DNA of 64,000 nucleotides from an uncultured Bacilli bacterium (GCA_934141575.1 CAKPCJ010000001.1:9455-73454), one strand, 5' to 3'; positions 9,610-19,411 are shown, counted from the first letter of the stretch. Notes: generated from the sequence alone by a model not told the origin. Numbers and translations are program-made.

Positions 9610-10509
9610 ATGAAAAAAAAATCAGGTTTTACTTTAGTGGAAATGTTAGCAGTAATAGTAGTATTAGCTATAATAACAACAATAGTCGTAACCAGTGCGT
9701 ATTCACTAGTCAAAGATAACAAAAATGATCAGTATAATGTTCTAATGAAAGAAATAGAACAAGCCGCAAAAATATATTTAAATGATAATTATGAAAGTAA
9801 TATAGTAGGAAGAGAATCAAAGTATTTATCAGTAAGATTGTTGATTGACAACGGATGTGCATCTACATATGTTAAAATATCAGATTTAGTAGAAAAGGGA
9901 TTATTAAAAAAATCAGATATAAATGATCCAAGAGATAATAGTAGTCTTTACGATAAATACGTAAGAATGTATTATGACAATTCATCTTTAGTAATAGACA
10001 ACGAAGTAAAGGATTCAGCTGGAGAAATTTGTTCAAATTATAATGATGGATATTATAAAATTGCTGATCAAACAAAAACATTTTTAAGATACAATAATCA
10101 AATTTGGAGAATACTTGCTATAAACATGGACGGAAGCGTAAGGATAATACTAAATGATTCAATTGGTTCCAGCGTATTTGGAAAAGACAGTACATATCAA
10201 TCAAGCTACGTTTTAGCAAATATGCAATATTGGTATCTATACGATATATCAAGTTTATCTAAAAACTTAATAAGAAGTGCTAGTTTAAATTTATTATCAG
10301 AAGCAGAATATTTAACAGTTAAAAATGTAGTTGGAACAGACGAATTCTGGATACTTGATAAAACTGACAGCACTAAGGGTAAGACAACCAATGGAGTAGT
10401 AGGAAATAATACTTATAGTGCTGCTATCAAGCCAGTAGTAGAAATATTACCAACTGCAATATATGTTTCAGGTACTGGTACAAGTGATAATCCATACACA
10501 ATTAGATAA
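9610..10509 (+). CDS. Prepilin-type N-terminal cleavage/methylation domain protein (type IV pilin/pseudopilin-like, 299 aa)
   Basis: N-terminus MKKKSGFTLVEMLAVIVVLAIITT is a class III signal peptide: G|F cleavage site, Glu at +5, hydrophobic helix. RBS aaaggag. Confidence 0.7.
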   Translation: MKKKSGFTLVEMLAVIVVLAIITTIVVTSAYSLVKDNKNDQYNVLMKEIEQAAKIYLNDNYESNIVGRESKYLSVRLLIDNGCASTYVKISDLVEKGLLKKSDINDPRDNSSLYDKYVRMYYDNSSLVIDNEVKDSAGEICSNYNDGYYKIADQTKTFLRYNNQIWRILAINMDGSVRIILNDSIGSSVFGKDSTYQSSYVLANMQYWYLYDISSLSKNLIRSASLNLLSEAEYLTVKNVVGTDEFWILDKTDSTKGKTTNGVVGNNTYSAAIKPVVEILPTAIYVSGTGTSDNPYTIR

Positions 10510-11458
10510 AATAATCAAATAACAAATAAGAAAGAATTGTAGAAACACATGCATGAATAATCCTAGCAAGAAAGAATGATTTATATTTAATTTTAGTATC
10601 GTTAATAATAGATATAACTTGCAAGTGTACTGATAAACCACCAAAGGATATAAAAAATATAGCTATGGTGGTTTTTAGTTTGAGTGAAATATCTAATGTT
10701 CCAAGAACTCTAAGACCATTAGTCATTTCAATTAGTCCACTAATAATGCATTCAGTTAACTTATTAAAAGTAAAATTATTATTTATAATAGTAATAATAA
10801 CAGTAGAAATGCTAATAACACCAAGAATCATTATTATTGTGTTTATAGAATTAAAAATAGACTTGGTGACAATAGAACTTATATCATCAGTAGTATTACT
10901 TACCTCATATAATACTTTTTTTAAGGAAGTTTTTCTTTCCTCAGTACTTACTGAATTGGTATTTCTTATAGCCAATCCAATCAATACATTAGATAAATAA
11001 TGAATAATCAAGATAAATACACCAACTCTTTTATCATCTAGAAAAGAAGTTATCGTTCCAAGTATAAATAAAGGACTTGAAAAATGAGTAAACATTAATA
11101 TTTTATTAGCATCATCTAAAGAAATGCTTCCATTTAAATAAAGTTCCCGAGTATATTTTGCATTGCTAGGACTTCCTGATAATAAACTCATCAAAAATAT
11201 GAATACAGTATCACTCTTAAGCCTAAATAGCTTATTCATAAGTGGTTTAGCAATTTCTCCAATAACCCTTGGAAAATTAAGTCCAATCAATATGCTAGAT
11301 ATTACAAAAAATGGAAAAAGTGATGGAAACACACTATAAGCCCATATATTATAAGCATTTTGTACAGCAACTATGATTACATTAGCATTTGTTAACATTT
11401 CAAAGCAAATAAGTAGTAATATTATTATAATAAAGTAGTTATAAATCTTTTTATTCAT
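10502..11458 (-). CDS. Integral membrane protein, nucleoside-recognition (Gate)-domain-like / YlbJ-like sporulation membrane protein
   Basis: 318 aa and multi-TM. Segments such as FPSLFPFFVISSILIGLNF resemble Gate-domain membrane proteins. Assignment is tentative. Confidence 0.35.
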   Translation of the reverse strand: MNKKIYNYFIIIILLLICFEMLTNANVIIVAVQNAYNIWAYSVFPSLFPFFVISSILIGLNFPRVIGEIAKPLMNKLFRLKSDTVFIFLMSLLSGSPSNAKYTRELYLNGSISLDDANKILMFTHFSSPLFILGTITSFLDDKRVGVFILIIHYLSNVLIGLAIRNTNSVSTEERKTSLKKVLYEVSNTTDDISSIVTKSIFNSINTIIMILGVISISTVIITIINNNFTFNKLTECIISGLIEMTNGLRVLGTLDISLKLKTTIAIFFISFGGLSVHLQVISIINDTKIKYKSFFLARIIHACVSTILSYLLFDYFI

Positions 11459-11554
11459 TTTATCATCTCTATTAATTATAATTAATTTAAGCCTAAATAA
11501 TGATAATTCATTGCCAAAATATGTTATAATTATTGTGTTTTAGTAGGTGAAGTT

Positions 11555-14086
11555 ATGGAAAGAAAAGATGTAGATCGTACGAAAGTATCACCAATGATGA
11601 AGCAATACTTAGAAATTAAGGATAATTATGAAGATATAATTTTATTTTTTAGACTTGGGGACTTTTATGAAATGTTTTTTGAAGACGCTATTACAGTTTC
11701 TCATGAATTAGAACTAACACTAACTGGAAAAAATGCGTCTCTAGATGAAAGAATCCCGATGTGTGGTGTTCCATTTCATGCAGGCAGTATATATATAGAT
11801 AAACTCATAGAAAGAGGCTATAGAGTAGCAGTATGTGAGCAAGTATCTGATCCAAAAGCAAAAGGAATAGTAAAAAGAGAAGTATTAGAAATTGTTTCTA
11901 AAGGAACAACAATGAATACAGATTCATTTCAAGAAAGTGATTCTAATTACATAGGTAGCGTTATATCAACGAGTGATAGTTACATAATAAGCTATGCTGA
12001 TATAACAACTGGTAAAATGTATGTAACATCAGTAATTAATTCGAAGGAAACACTAATAAAAGAAATCTTAAATTTAGGCTTGAAAGAAGTAATCGTATTA
12101 AGTGGTTTTGATAAATGGATAACAAATAAATTAAAGCAAGAATTCAATATATGTGTTTATATAAGTGACAAGATCGAAACAATAGAACAATACGCTAGCC
12201 TTTATTCAAATATAAATGATATGAGATTTGTAGAAGGAATAAAGCATTTACTTTGTTACCTAGATAATAATAGTAAAAGAAGTTTAACGCATATGCAACA
12301 AGTAGAAATTAAAAACTACGAAAAGTATATGCACATGGATTATAACACTAAAAAAAATTTAGAGTTAACATCCAACATAAGATTAAACACAAAAGAATTT
12401 AGCCTTATGTGGTTATTAGATAAAACTAAGACAGCTTTAGGTGCAAGATGCCTTAAAAATTATATTCAATACCCACTAGTTGAAAAAGATAAAATAGAAT
12501 ATAGATATAATATAGTAGAAAAACTTATATTTGAGTTTATTAAAAGAGAAGAATTAAGAGAACTTTTATATGAAGTATACGATATTGAAAGATTATGCGG
12601 AAAAATAAGCTATGGTAATGCTAATGCAAGGGATTTACTACAATTAAAAAATTCCATAAAAGTTTTTCCATCAATAAATGATATTTTGAAAGAAATTAAT
12701 TACAATCAGAACTTATCATTATTACAAGAGGTATATGACTTATTAGAAAAGGGAATAAATGAGAACCCACCAATAACACTTAGGGAAGGTGGGCTAATAA
12801 AAGAAGGATACTCAAAAGAACTAGATGATCTAAAGAAAATAAGAGTTGGTGGAAAAGATTTTATTGCCTCATTAGAATTGGAAGAAAAGGCAAGAACAGG
12901 TATTAAAAACTTAAAAGTTGGATACAACAAAGTTTTTGGATACTACATAGAAGTTCCAAAAGGAAGCATTGGGTTAGTAAAAGAAGAATTCGGATACGAA
13001 AGAAAACAAACAATAGCAACTGGTGAGAGATATGTTACACCAATATTAAAAGAAAAGGAAGCTTTAATATTGGGTGCTGAAGAAAAAATAATAAACATGG
13101 AATATGACTTATTTATTTCAATAAGGGATAATGTAAAAAAATATATTCATGAATTGCAAATAAACTCAAAAATAATAGCAGATATTGATGTACTATCTAC
13201 TTTTGCATGCATAAGTGAAGAATATAATTACGTAAGACCTATAATAACAGACGAAAATTACATCAAAATTATTGGTGGACGTCACCCTGTTGTTGAAAGA
13301 GTTTTAAATAAACCATTTATTGATAACGATATTATAATGGATAAAGACACTTCTATATTGTTAATAACAGGCCCTAATATGGCCGGAAAAAGTACATATA
13401 TGAGAATGATGGCAATAATTAGTATAATGGCTCAAATAGGATGTTTTGTACCTTGTAAAGAGGCTTATTTACCAATATTTGACGGTATATATACAAGAAT
13501 AGGAGCTAGCGATGACTTAGTAAATGGCGAATCAACATTTATGGTAGAAATGAGTGAAGCAAACAACGCAATTTCTAACGCTACAAAAAACAGTCTTATT
13601 TTATTTGATGAATTAGGAAGAGGAACAGCAACATATGATGGAATGGCATTGGCGCAATCAATACTTGAATACATTCACAATGAAATAGGATGCAAAACAA
13701 TATTTTCAACTCACTATCATGAATTGACTTCACTCGAGAATGAACTTAAAAATTTGAAAAATGTTCATGTTAGTGCCGAAGAAAATAATGGTGAAATAAT
13801 ATTTTTACATAAAATAAAAGATGGAGCAGTAGATAAAAGCTATGGAATATATGTGGCAAAGCTTGCCAAATTGCCAAGTAAAGTTATAAATAGAGCAGAT
13901 GTAATCCTAAATCATTACGAAAACAATGCAAGTGATACAACTCCAATAGGCAACGTTGTAGAAAAAATAGTTTACAAAGAAAGTGAAATAGAAGAGGAAA
14001 TAGGAAAATTAAATTTAATGACAACCACTCCTATTGAAGCTTTAAATATGTTATACAGATTAAAAGAAAAAATTGATAAAAAATAG
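11555..14086 (+). CDS. mutS: DNA mismatch repair protein MutS
   Basis: 843 aa. N-terminal MMKQYLEIKDNYEDIILFFRLGDFYEMFFEDA mismatch-binding motif, Walker A GPNMAGKST, and STHYHEL. Classic MutS1 architecture. Confidence 0.92.
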   Translation: MERKDVDRTKVSPMMKQYLEIKDNYEDIILFFRLGDFYEMFFEDAITVSHELELTLTGKNASLDERIPMCGVPFHAGSIYIDKLIERGYRVAVCEQVSDPKAKGIVKREVLEIVSKGTTMNTDSFQESDSNYIGSVISTSDSYIISYADITTGKMYVTSVINSKETLIKEILNLGLKEVIVLSGFDKWITNKLKQEFNICVYISDKIETIEQYASLYSNINDMRFVEGIKHLLCYLDNNSKRSLTHMQQVEIKNYEKYMHMDYNTKKNLELTSNIRLNTKEFSLMWLLDKTKTALGARCLKNYIQYPLVEKDKIEYRYNIVEKLIFEFIKREELRELLYEVYDIERLCGKISYGNANARDLLQLKNSIKVFPSINDILKEINYNQNLSLLQEVYDLLEKGINENPPITLREGGLIKEGYSKELDDLKKIRVGGKDFIASLELEEKARTGIKNLKVGYNKVFGYYIEVPKGSIGLVKEEFGYERKQTIATGERYVTPILKEKEALILGAEEKIINMEYDLFISIRDNVKKYIHELQINSKIIADIDVLSTFACISEEYNYVRPIITDENYIKIIGGRHPVVERVLNKPFIDNDIIMDKDTSILLITGPNMAGKSTYMRMMAIISIMAQIGCFVPCKEAYLPIFDGIYTRIGASDDLVNGESTFMVEMSEANNAISNATKNSLILFDELGRGTATYDGMALAQSILEYIHNEIGCKTIFSTHYHELTSLENELKNLKNVHVSAEENNGEIIFLHKIKDGAVDKSYGIYVAKLAKLPSKVINRADVILNHYENNASDTTPIGNVVEKIVYKESEIEEEIGKLNLMTTTPIEALNMLYRLKEKIDKK

Positions 14087-14142
14087 TTTATAATAATGAT
14101 TTTTTACGCGTATTATGTTAAAATTTAGAGTAGGTGATTTAT

Positions 14143-14562
14143 ATGAAAAAATTAAACAGAAGTGAACAAAGAGAAGTAATAATGACAGCTCTTTACCAAA
14201 TATCATTGTATGAAAAAACTAAGATGCCATATAATATAGATAATGTTATCAGTGAACTAGTAGAAATTGATAATGATTTTATAAAAAATACAGTACACGG
14301 AGTGTTAGAAAACATAAATGAAATAGATAGTTTAGCTAATAAATATTTAACAGATTGGGATATAGAGCGATTAGGGAAAACAGATCAAGCAATATTACGT
14401 CTTGGAATATACGAATTAAACTTTACTGACACACCAGATATTGTTTGTATAAATGAAGCAATTGATTTATCAAAAAAGTTTTCAGATGATAACGTAAGGA
14501 AAATGATAAATAGTGTACTAGACAAGATTTATAATGCAAGGTTAGACAAAAATGCAGAATAA
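14143..14562 (+). CDS. nusB: Transcription antitermination factor NusB
   Basis: The RSEQREVIMTALYQ N-terminus and DWDIERLGKTDQAILRLGIYEL core match NusB. An ATG at 14143 follows RBS aggtga (the track's start is an upstream GTG). Confidence 0.8.
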   Translation: MKKLNRSEQREVIMTALYQISLYEKTKMPYNIDNVISELVEIDNDFIKNTVHGVLENINEIDSLANKYLTDWDIERLGKTDQAILRLGIYELNFTDTPDIVCINEAIDLSKKFSDDNVRKMINSVLDKIYNARLDKNAE

Positions 14563-15832
14563 TTATATATCAGTAATCGAGTTAACTAGATATTTAAAAG
14601 ATGAAATAGATAGTAACCCTGTACTACAAAATGTATATTTAAAAGGGGAAATATCAAATTTCAAAGCACATTCTAGTGGACATTTATACTTTTCATTAAA
14701 AGACGATCAAAGTAGAATAAAAGCAATAATGTTTAAAAGCAGCGCAGCAAAATTAATGTTCAATCCTTCTGAAGGAATGAATGTTCTAGTTAGAGGAAAA
14801 ATAAGCGTATATGAATCAACAGGTGATTATCAAATATATATAACAGAAATGTTAGAAGATGGAATAGGAAATTTATACATTGCATTTGAAAATTTAAAAA
14901 AGAAATTGGAACAAGAAGGGCTTTTTTCAAAAGAAAAGAAAAAGAGAATACCAAGAATTTCTAGAAGAATAGGTGTTGTAACAGCACCAACAGGTGCAGC
15001 AATAAGAGATATTCTAACAACAATAAAAAGAAGATTCCCTATTGCAGAAGTATTCTTATTTCCATCTTTAGTTCAAGGCAATGATGCTGCAAAAAACATA
15101 GCGGCTCAAATAGAAAAGGCACAAAATTATAACTTAGATGTATTGATTGTAGGTAGAGGTGGAGGATCATTTGAAGATTTATTCCCCTTTAGCGAAGAAA
15201 TAGTTGCACGAACAATATATAATTGCAAAATACCTGTAGTAAGTGCGGTTGGTCATGAAATTGATTTCGCTATTTCAGATTTCGTAGCTGATTTAAGAGC
15301 AGCAACACCGACTGCTGCCGCTGAATTAGTTGTTCCAAATCTAACTGATATGTTAAACTATTTAAATCAAGTAAAAATAAGATTAAACAATTTCATTACG
15401 AATTTGGTTAAAAACAAAAGAAAAGAATTAATAAATTTATCAAATACAAAAATTTTAAATGATCCAAATGGTTTATATGAAATACATATGCAAAAACTTG
15501 ATTTACTATCTGATAATTTAAATAAAATAATAACAAATATACTAGAAACAAACAAAATAAAATTATTTAATATCAAAAACTCATATATAATACAAAACCC
15601 AAATATTATATATGAACGTTCTAGGAATAAATTAAACTCATTAATTGATAAGTGTACAATATTAAATCCAATAGAAACACTAAAAAGAGGTTACACTATT
15701 ACAAAATTAAATAAAAAAATTATTACATCAATAAATATGGTTAAAACAAAAGATATTATAACTATTAACGTAAGCGATGGAAGCATAACTGCCGAAGTTA
15801 CTGATATATTGGAGGAAAAACATGGAAAATAA
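14552..15832 (+). CDS. xseA: Exodeoxyribonuclease VII large subunit
   Basis: 426 aa with an OB-fold N-terminus (SVIELTRYLKDEIDSNPVLQNVYLKGEISNFK) and a GVVTAPTGAAIRD catalytic region. Overlaps the nusB stop. Followed by xseB. Confidence 0.88.
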   Translation: MQNNYISVIELTRYLKDEIDSNPVLQNVYLKGEISNFKAHSSGHLYFSLKDDQSRIKAIMFKSSAAKLMFNPSEGMNVLVRGKISVYESTGDYQIYITEMLEDGIGNLYIAFENLKKKLEQEGLFSKEKKKRIPRISRRIGVVTAPTGAAIRDILTTIKRRFPIAEVFLFPSLVQGNDAAKNIAAQIEKAQNYNLDVLIVGRGGGSFEDLFPFSEEIVARTIYNCKIPVVSAVGHEIDFAISDFVADLRAATPTAAAELVVPNLTDMLNYLNQVKIRLNNFITNLVKNKRKELINLSNTKILNDPNGLYEIHMQKLDLLSDNLNKIITNILETNKIKLFNIKNSYIIQNPNIIYERSRNKLNSLIDKCTILNPIETLKRGYTITKLNKKIITSINMVKTKDIITINVSDGSITAEVTDILEEKHGK

Positions 15833-16043
15833 AACTTTTGAAGAAAAAATATTAGAACTAGAATCAATAGTAAAAGAACTAGAAAATGGTAATGTCCCAT
15901 TAAATGAATCAATTGATAAATACACACTTGCAATGAACTTAGTAAAATCTTGCGATGAAGAGCTAACAAACATTGAAGAAAAAGTAGCAAAAATTGTAAC
16001 AGAAAATGGAATTAAAGATTTTAATGTAGATCAAAACCAATAA
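15822..16043 (+). CDS. xseB: Exodeoxyribonuclease VII small subunit
   Basis: 73 aa. FEEKILELESIVKELENGNVPLNESIDKY matches XseB. Overlaps the xseA stop. Confidence 0.8.
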   Translation: MENKTFEEKILELESIVKELENGNVPLNESIDKYTLAMNLVKSCDEELTNIEEKVAKIVTENGIKDFNVDQNQ

Positions 16044-16061
16044 TTAAGCAATAAAACAACA

Positions 16062-16086
16062 TAAAATGCCAACTGGCATTTTTTTG
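16062..16086 (+). terminator. Rho-independent terminator after xseB
   Basis: atgccaactggcat perfect hairpin followed by tttttt. Confidence 0.6.
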
Positions 16087-16150
16087 CTATGATAATAAAA
16101 ATAATTAAGTAAATAATAATAATGAGCCCAATCAATAGAAAGGAGAGTAT

Positions 16151-17143
16151 ATGGAATTTAAAAAAATTAAAAAATTTCTGGCCATTTTGTTAATTTCATT
16201 ATGTATTATTCCACAAACATCTTTAGCTTATTCATCGTATATAATTCCAGGTGGAGAAGCTGTTGGCATTAGTTTAAATTCTAAAGGGATACTAATTGTT
16301 GGCTTTTATGAAGTAAACGGCAAAAATGCTGGTAATAGTGCAGGATTAAAGATAGGAGATACAATTAAAGCAATTAATGGCAAAGAAATTAGCACGATAT
16401 CCGAAATGGTAAGTTTAATTTCATCAGCAAAAGATAAAATAAACATAAAATACGAAAGAAACGGCAAAGAATATGAAACGACACTTAAACTAATAATTGG
16501 CGAAGATAATGTATATAAAACCGGATTATATGTAAAAGATAGTATTACAGGTTTAGGAACATTAACATTTATAGATCCAGAAACAAAAATATATGGAATA
16601 CTAGGCCACGAAATTACTGAAAAATCAACAGGTTTAAAACTCGAAGTAAAAAATGGCAAAATATTTGAGGCATCAATTACTGGAATAGTAAAAACAGAAA
16701 GAGGAGTTCCTGGAGAAAAAAATGCAAAGTTTTTCTCAAGCAATACTTATGGAACAGTAACAGAAAATACAAATAGAGGAGTATTTGGTACATATACATC
16801 AAAACTTCCTGACAAGAAAGCACTTAAAGTAGCATCAAAAGATGAAATAAAAGTAGGAGATGCCAAAATATTAACAGCATTAGATGGTAATAATGTAGAA
16901 GAATTTAATATTAAAATAACAAAAATAAACTCAAACTCTAATCAAGAAACTAAAAATATTGTTTTTGAAATAACAGACGAAAAATTATTAAATAGAACAG
17001 GTGGAGTTGTACAGGGTATGAGTGGTTCACCAATAATACAAAATGATATGATAATTGGAGCTGTAACACACGTAGTAGTAGATAATCCCTCTAAAGGATA
17101 CGGTATATTTATAACTAATATGTTGGAAGAAGCAGAAAATTAA
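16151..17143 (+). CDS. spoIVB: Stage IV sporulation protein B (SpoIVB signalling serine peptidase, S55) with PDZ domain
   Basis: Signal/anchor N-terminus, IIPGGEAVGISLNSKGILIVG, PDZ-like GDTIKAINGKEI, and GMSGSPII catalytic-serine motif. Confidence 0.8.
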   Translation: MEFKKIKKFLAILLISLCIIPQTSLAYSSYIIPGGEAVGISLNSKGILIVGFYEVNGKNAGNSAGLKIGDTIKAINGKEISTISEMVSLISSAKDKINIKYERNGKEYETTLKLIIGEDNVYKTGLYVKDSITGLGTLTFIDPETKIYGILGHEITEKSTGLKLEVKNGKIFEASITGIVKTERGVPGEKNAKFFSSNTYGTVTENTNRGVFGTYTSKLPDKKALKVASKDEIKVGDAKILTALDGNNVEEFNIKITKINSNSNQETKNIVFEITDEKLLNRTGGVVQGMSGSPIIQNDMIIGAVTHVVVDNPSKGYGIFITNMLEEAEN

Positions 17144-17170
17144 AAAAAGAAGGTATTTACCTTCTTTTAT
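17144..17170 (+). terminator. Rho-independent terminator after spoIVB
   Basis: agaaggtatttaccttct hairpin followed by ttt. Confidence 0.55.
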
Positions 17171-17179
17171 AAAATTATT

Positions 17180-17272
17180 TTAAATAAAATAAGCCAAAAT
17201 TGATAAAACTATTGAAAGGCTCATAATAACTAGCATAATTATACCAACTAATCTATTTGTTTTCTTATTCAT
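17180..17272 (-). CDS. Unannotated 30-aa hydrophobic small ORF (MNKKTNRLVGIIMLVIMSLSIVLSILAYFI)
   Basis: Minus-strand ATG at 17272, preceded by GGTGA (complement of tcacc at 17276-17280) with 4-nt spacing. Lys-rich N-terminus followed by a single predicted TM helix. Stop at 17180-17182. Below the ORF-track length cutoff. Confidence 0.25.
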   Translation of the reverse strand: MNKKTNRLVGIIMLVIMSLSIVLSILAYFI

Positions 17273-17360
17273 AATATCACCAAGATAATTATATATTAAA
17301 AATAAACAAAATAAAAGCATATTTCATCAATTAAGTAAATATATTTAACTAGGTGATAAG

Positions 17361-17990
17361 ATGAAAAAAATAAGTCAAAGACTAAAAATAATATTTGCTG
17401 AAAAAAAAGGCACCTTTATATTTTTTATATTTATGGTAATTTTAGGAATAATATTTGGTTCTTTATTCATAACAATCTTGGACAAGTCTGATAAAGAATT
17501 AGTTTCAACACAAATAACAAATTTCTTCACTAACATAAAAACGAATCAAAATCAAGATATAGTAGCGACCTTAAAAAATAGTTTATTCACAAATATAGGC
17601 AGCGTACTTGCAATATGGATATTAGGTATTTCCATAATTGGAATTCCGTTAATTATTCTATTTGTATTCATCAAAAGCTTTATATTTGGCTTTAGTATTG
17701 GTGGAATTATATCAGTCTACAATCTAAAAGGAATATTGCTTTCTATAGGTTACTTACTTCCACATCAAATAATTAATATAATAACTTTGTTTATTCTTTC
17801 ATTAATAAGTTTTAATATATCAGTCAATTTTTTAAAAAGCTTAATATCAAAAAAACAAATGGATTTTAAAATATGGATAGGAAAATATTATAAATTATTA
17901 CTTATAAGTCTTATAATAATGACATTATCAAGTCTAATGGAAACGTTCTTATCTCCATATATATTAAAAATATTTACATTTTTATTATAA
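17361..17990 (+). CDS. spoIIM: Stage II sporulation protein M
   Basis: 209-aa multi-TM protein. WILGISIIGIPLIILFVF and C-terminal FLSPYILK closely match conserved SpoIIM blocks (WILGISIIGMPIII / YLSPHL). RBS aggtga. Confidence 0.75.
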   Translation: MKKISQRLKIIFAEKKGTFIFFIFMVILGIIFGSLFITILDKSDKELVSTQITNFFTNIKTNQNQDIVATLKNSLFTNIGSVLAIWILGISIIGIPLIILFVFIKSFIFGFSIGGIISVYNLKGILLSIGYLLPHQIINIITLFILSLISFNISVNFLKSLISKKQMDFKIWIGKYYKLLLISLIIMTLSSLMETFLSPYILKIFTFLL

Positions 17991-18071
17991 AGAATGAATA
18001 AAGCTTCATTCTTTATTTTAATATATGATATAATTAAAAGTAGAAATTTTCAAAAAAGGAGTTGTTTTTAC

Positions 18072-19187
18072 ATGTCAAAAGGAAAAGTAGTAGTTGGTAT
18101 GTCAGGTGGAGTGGATTCATCAGTAGCAGCCATTTTATTAAAAAATGAAGGATACGAAGTAATAGGCCTTTTTATGAGAAACTGGGATAGCTCATTAAAT
18201 AATGATTTTTTGGGGAAAAAGAAGGAAGAGTTAGAACTTGACATATGTCCACAAGAAAAAGATTATAATGATGCTATAGAAGTATGTAAAAAAATTGGAA
18301 TACCACTTCACCGAGTAGACTTTGTAAAAGAATATTGGGATTATGTATTTACCTACTTTTTAAACGAGCTAAAAGCAGGTAGAACGCCAAATCCAGATGT
18401 AATGTGCAACAAATACATTAAATTTGATTATTTTATAAAAGAAGCAAAAAAGTTAGGGGCCAATTATGTAGCAACAGGGCATTATGCAAATACAAAAGAT
18501 AATAATCTATATATGGCAAAAGATGCAAATAAAGACCAAACATACTTTTTATCAATGCTATCAAGTAAACAACTAGATCACGTATTATTTCCACTTGGAA
18601 ATTTAGAAAAAACAGAAGTTAGAAAAATAGCAAGCGATTATGGATTAATAACCGCGGCAAAAAAAGATTCAACAGGTATATGTTTCATAGGTGAAAGAAA
18701 TTTCAAAGAATTCTTAAAAAATTATTTTCCTGTTAACAAAGGTAAAATTATTAATATAGAAAACGGAGATGTAGTAGGAGAGCACTCAGGGCTAATGTAC
18801 TATACAATAGGTCAACGAAAAGGTTTGAATCTCGGTGGAAATAGTGATAAAATGTTTATAGTAGGGAAAAATATAAACGAAAATATATTATATGTAGCAC
18901 CAGGTGAAGATAATAATTTCTTATACAGTGACTCTACAATACTAGAAAACATGAATTTTATAAGTGATACTAGACCATTAAAATGCAAAGCAAAATTTAG
19001 GTATAGAGCACCATTATATGACGTAAATATAGAATATCTAGATAATGGTTATATAAAATTAAATTATAATAATGTAAAAGCAGTAACACCAGGGCAAATT
19101 TGTGTATTATATGATGGCGAACTATGTATTGGTGGTGGAATAATAAAAGAAGTATATAAAGATAATAAAAAAATATGGTATTTATAA
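18072..19187 (+). CDS. mnmA: tRNA-specific 2-thiouridylase MnmA
   Basis: PP-loop VVVGMSGGVDSSVAA at the N-terminus, FMRNWD, CNKYIKFD. RBS aaggag 9 nt before the ATG at 18072 (the track ORF starts upstream at 17994). Confidence 0.88.
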   Translation: MSKGKVVVGMSGGVDSSVAAILLKNEGYEVIGLFMRNWDSSLNNDFLGKKKEELELDICPQEKDYNDAIEVCKKIGIPLHRVDFVKEYWDYVFTYFLNELKAGRTPNPDVMCNKYIKFDYFIKEAKKLGANYVATGHYANTKDNNLYMAKDANKDQTYFLSMLSSKQLDHVLFPLGNLEKTEVRKIASDYGLITAAKKDSTGICFIGERNFKEFLKNYFPVNKGKIINIENGDVVGEHSGLMYYTIGQRKGLNLGGNSDKMFIVGKNINENILYVAPGEDNNFLYSDSTILENMNFISDTRPLKCKAKFRYRAPLYDVNIEYLDNGYIKLNYNNVKAVTPGQICVLYDGELCIGGGIIKEVYKDNKKIWYL

Positions 19188-19201
19188 AGGTAGGTAAAAT
19201 T

Positions 19202-19411
19202 ATGAATGAGAAAGAAGAAAAAAGGGTTTCAAAATCTAATGTCGAATATATCAACAAAAAAGGGAAAAAAATTAATCAAAAACCTAAAAATACAAAATTT
19301 ATAGAGAAACCAGATAAAACAGATATAAGAAATATGATATGGATAATAATATTATTTATTATTCTATTTGTTGTACTTATAATGCTTCCTTACATGTCAA
19401 ACTATAGATAA
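19202..19411 (+). CDS. Small membrane-anchored protein (Lys-rich N-terminus, C-terminal TM helix)
   Basis: ORF following mnmA. C-terminal IWIIILFIILFVVLIMLPY hydrophobic helix. RBS aaggtagg. Confidence 0.3.
   Translation: MNEKEEKRVSKSNVEYINKKGKKINQKPKNTKFIEKPDKTDIRNMIWIIILFIILFVVLIMLPYMSNYR

Noticed and set aside
16306-16743. 145-aa antisense ORF inside spoIVB, and similar nested ORFs inside mutS, xseA, ppdK, mutL, the DUF368 gene, asnB, recO and the 592-aa pseudo-kinase gene (including 36109..36336)
   Set aside because: All are shadow frames inside strongly supported genes. None has an RBS or recognisable motifs.
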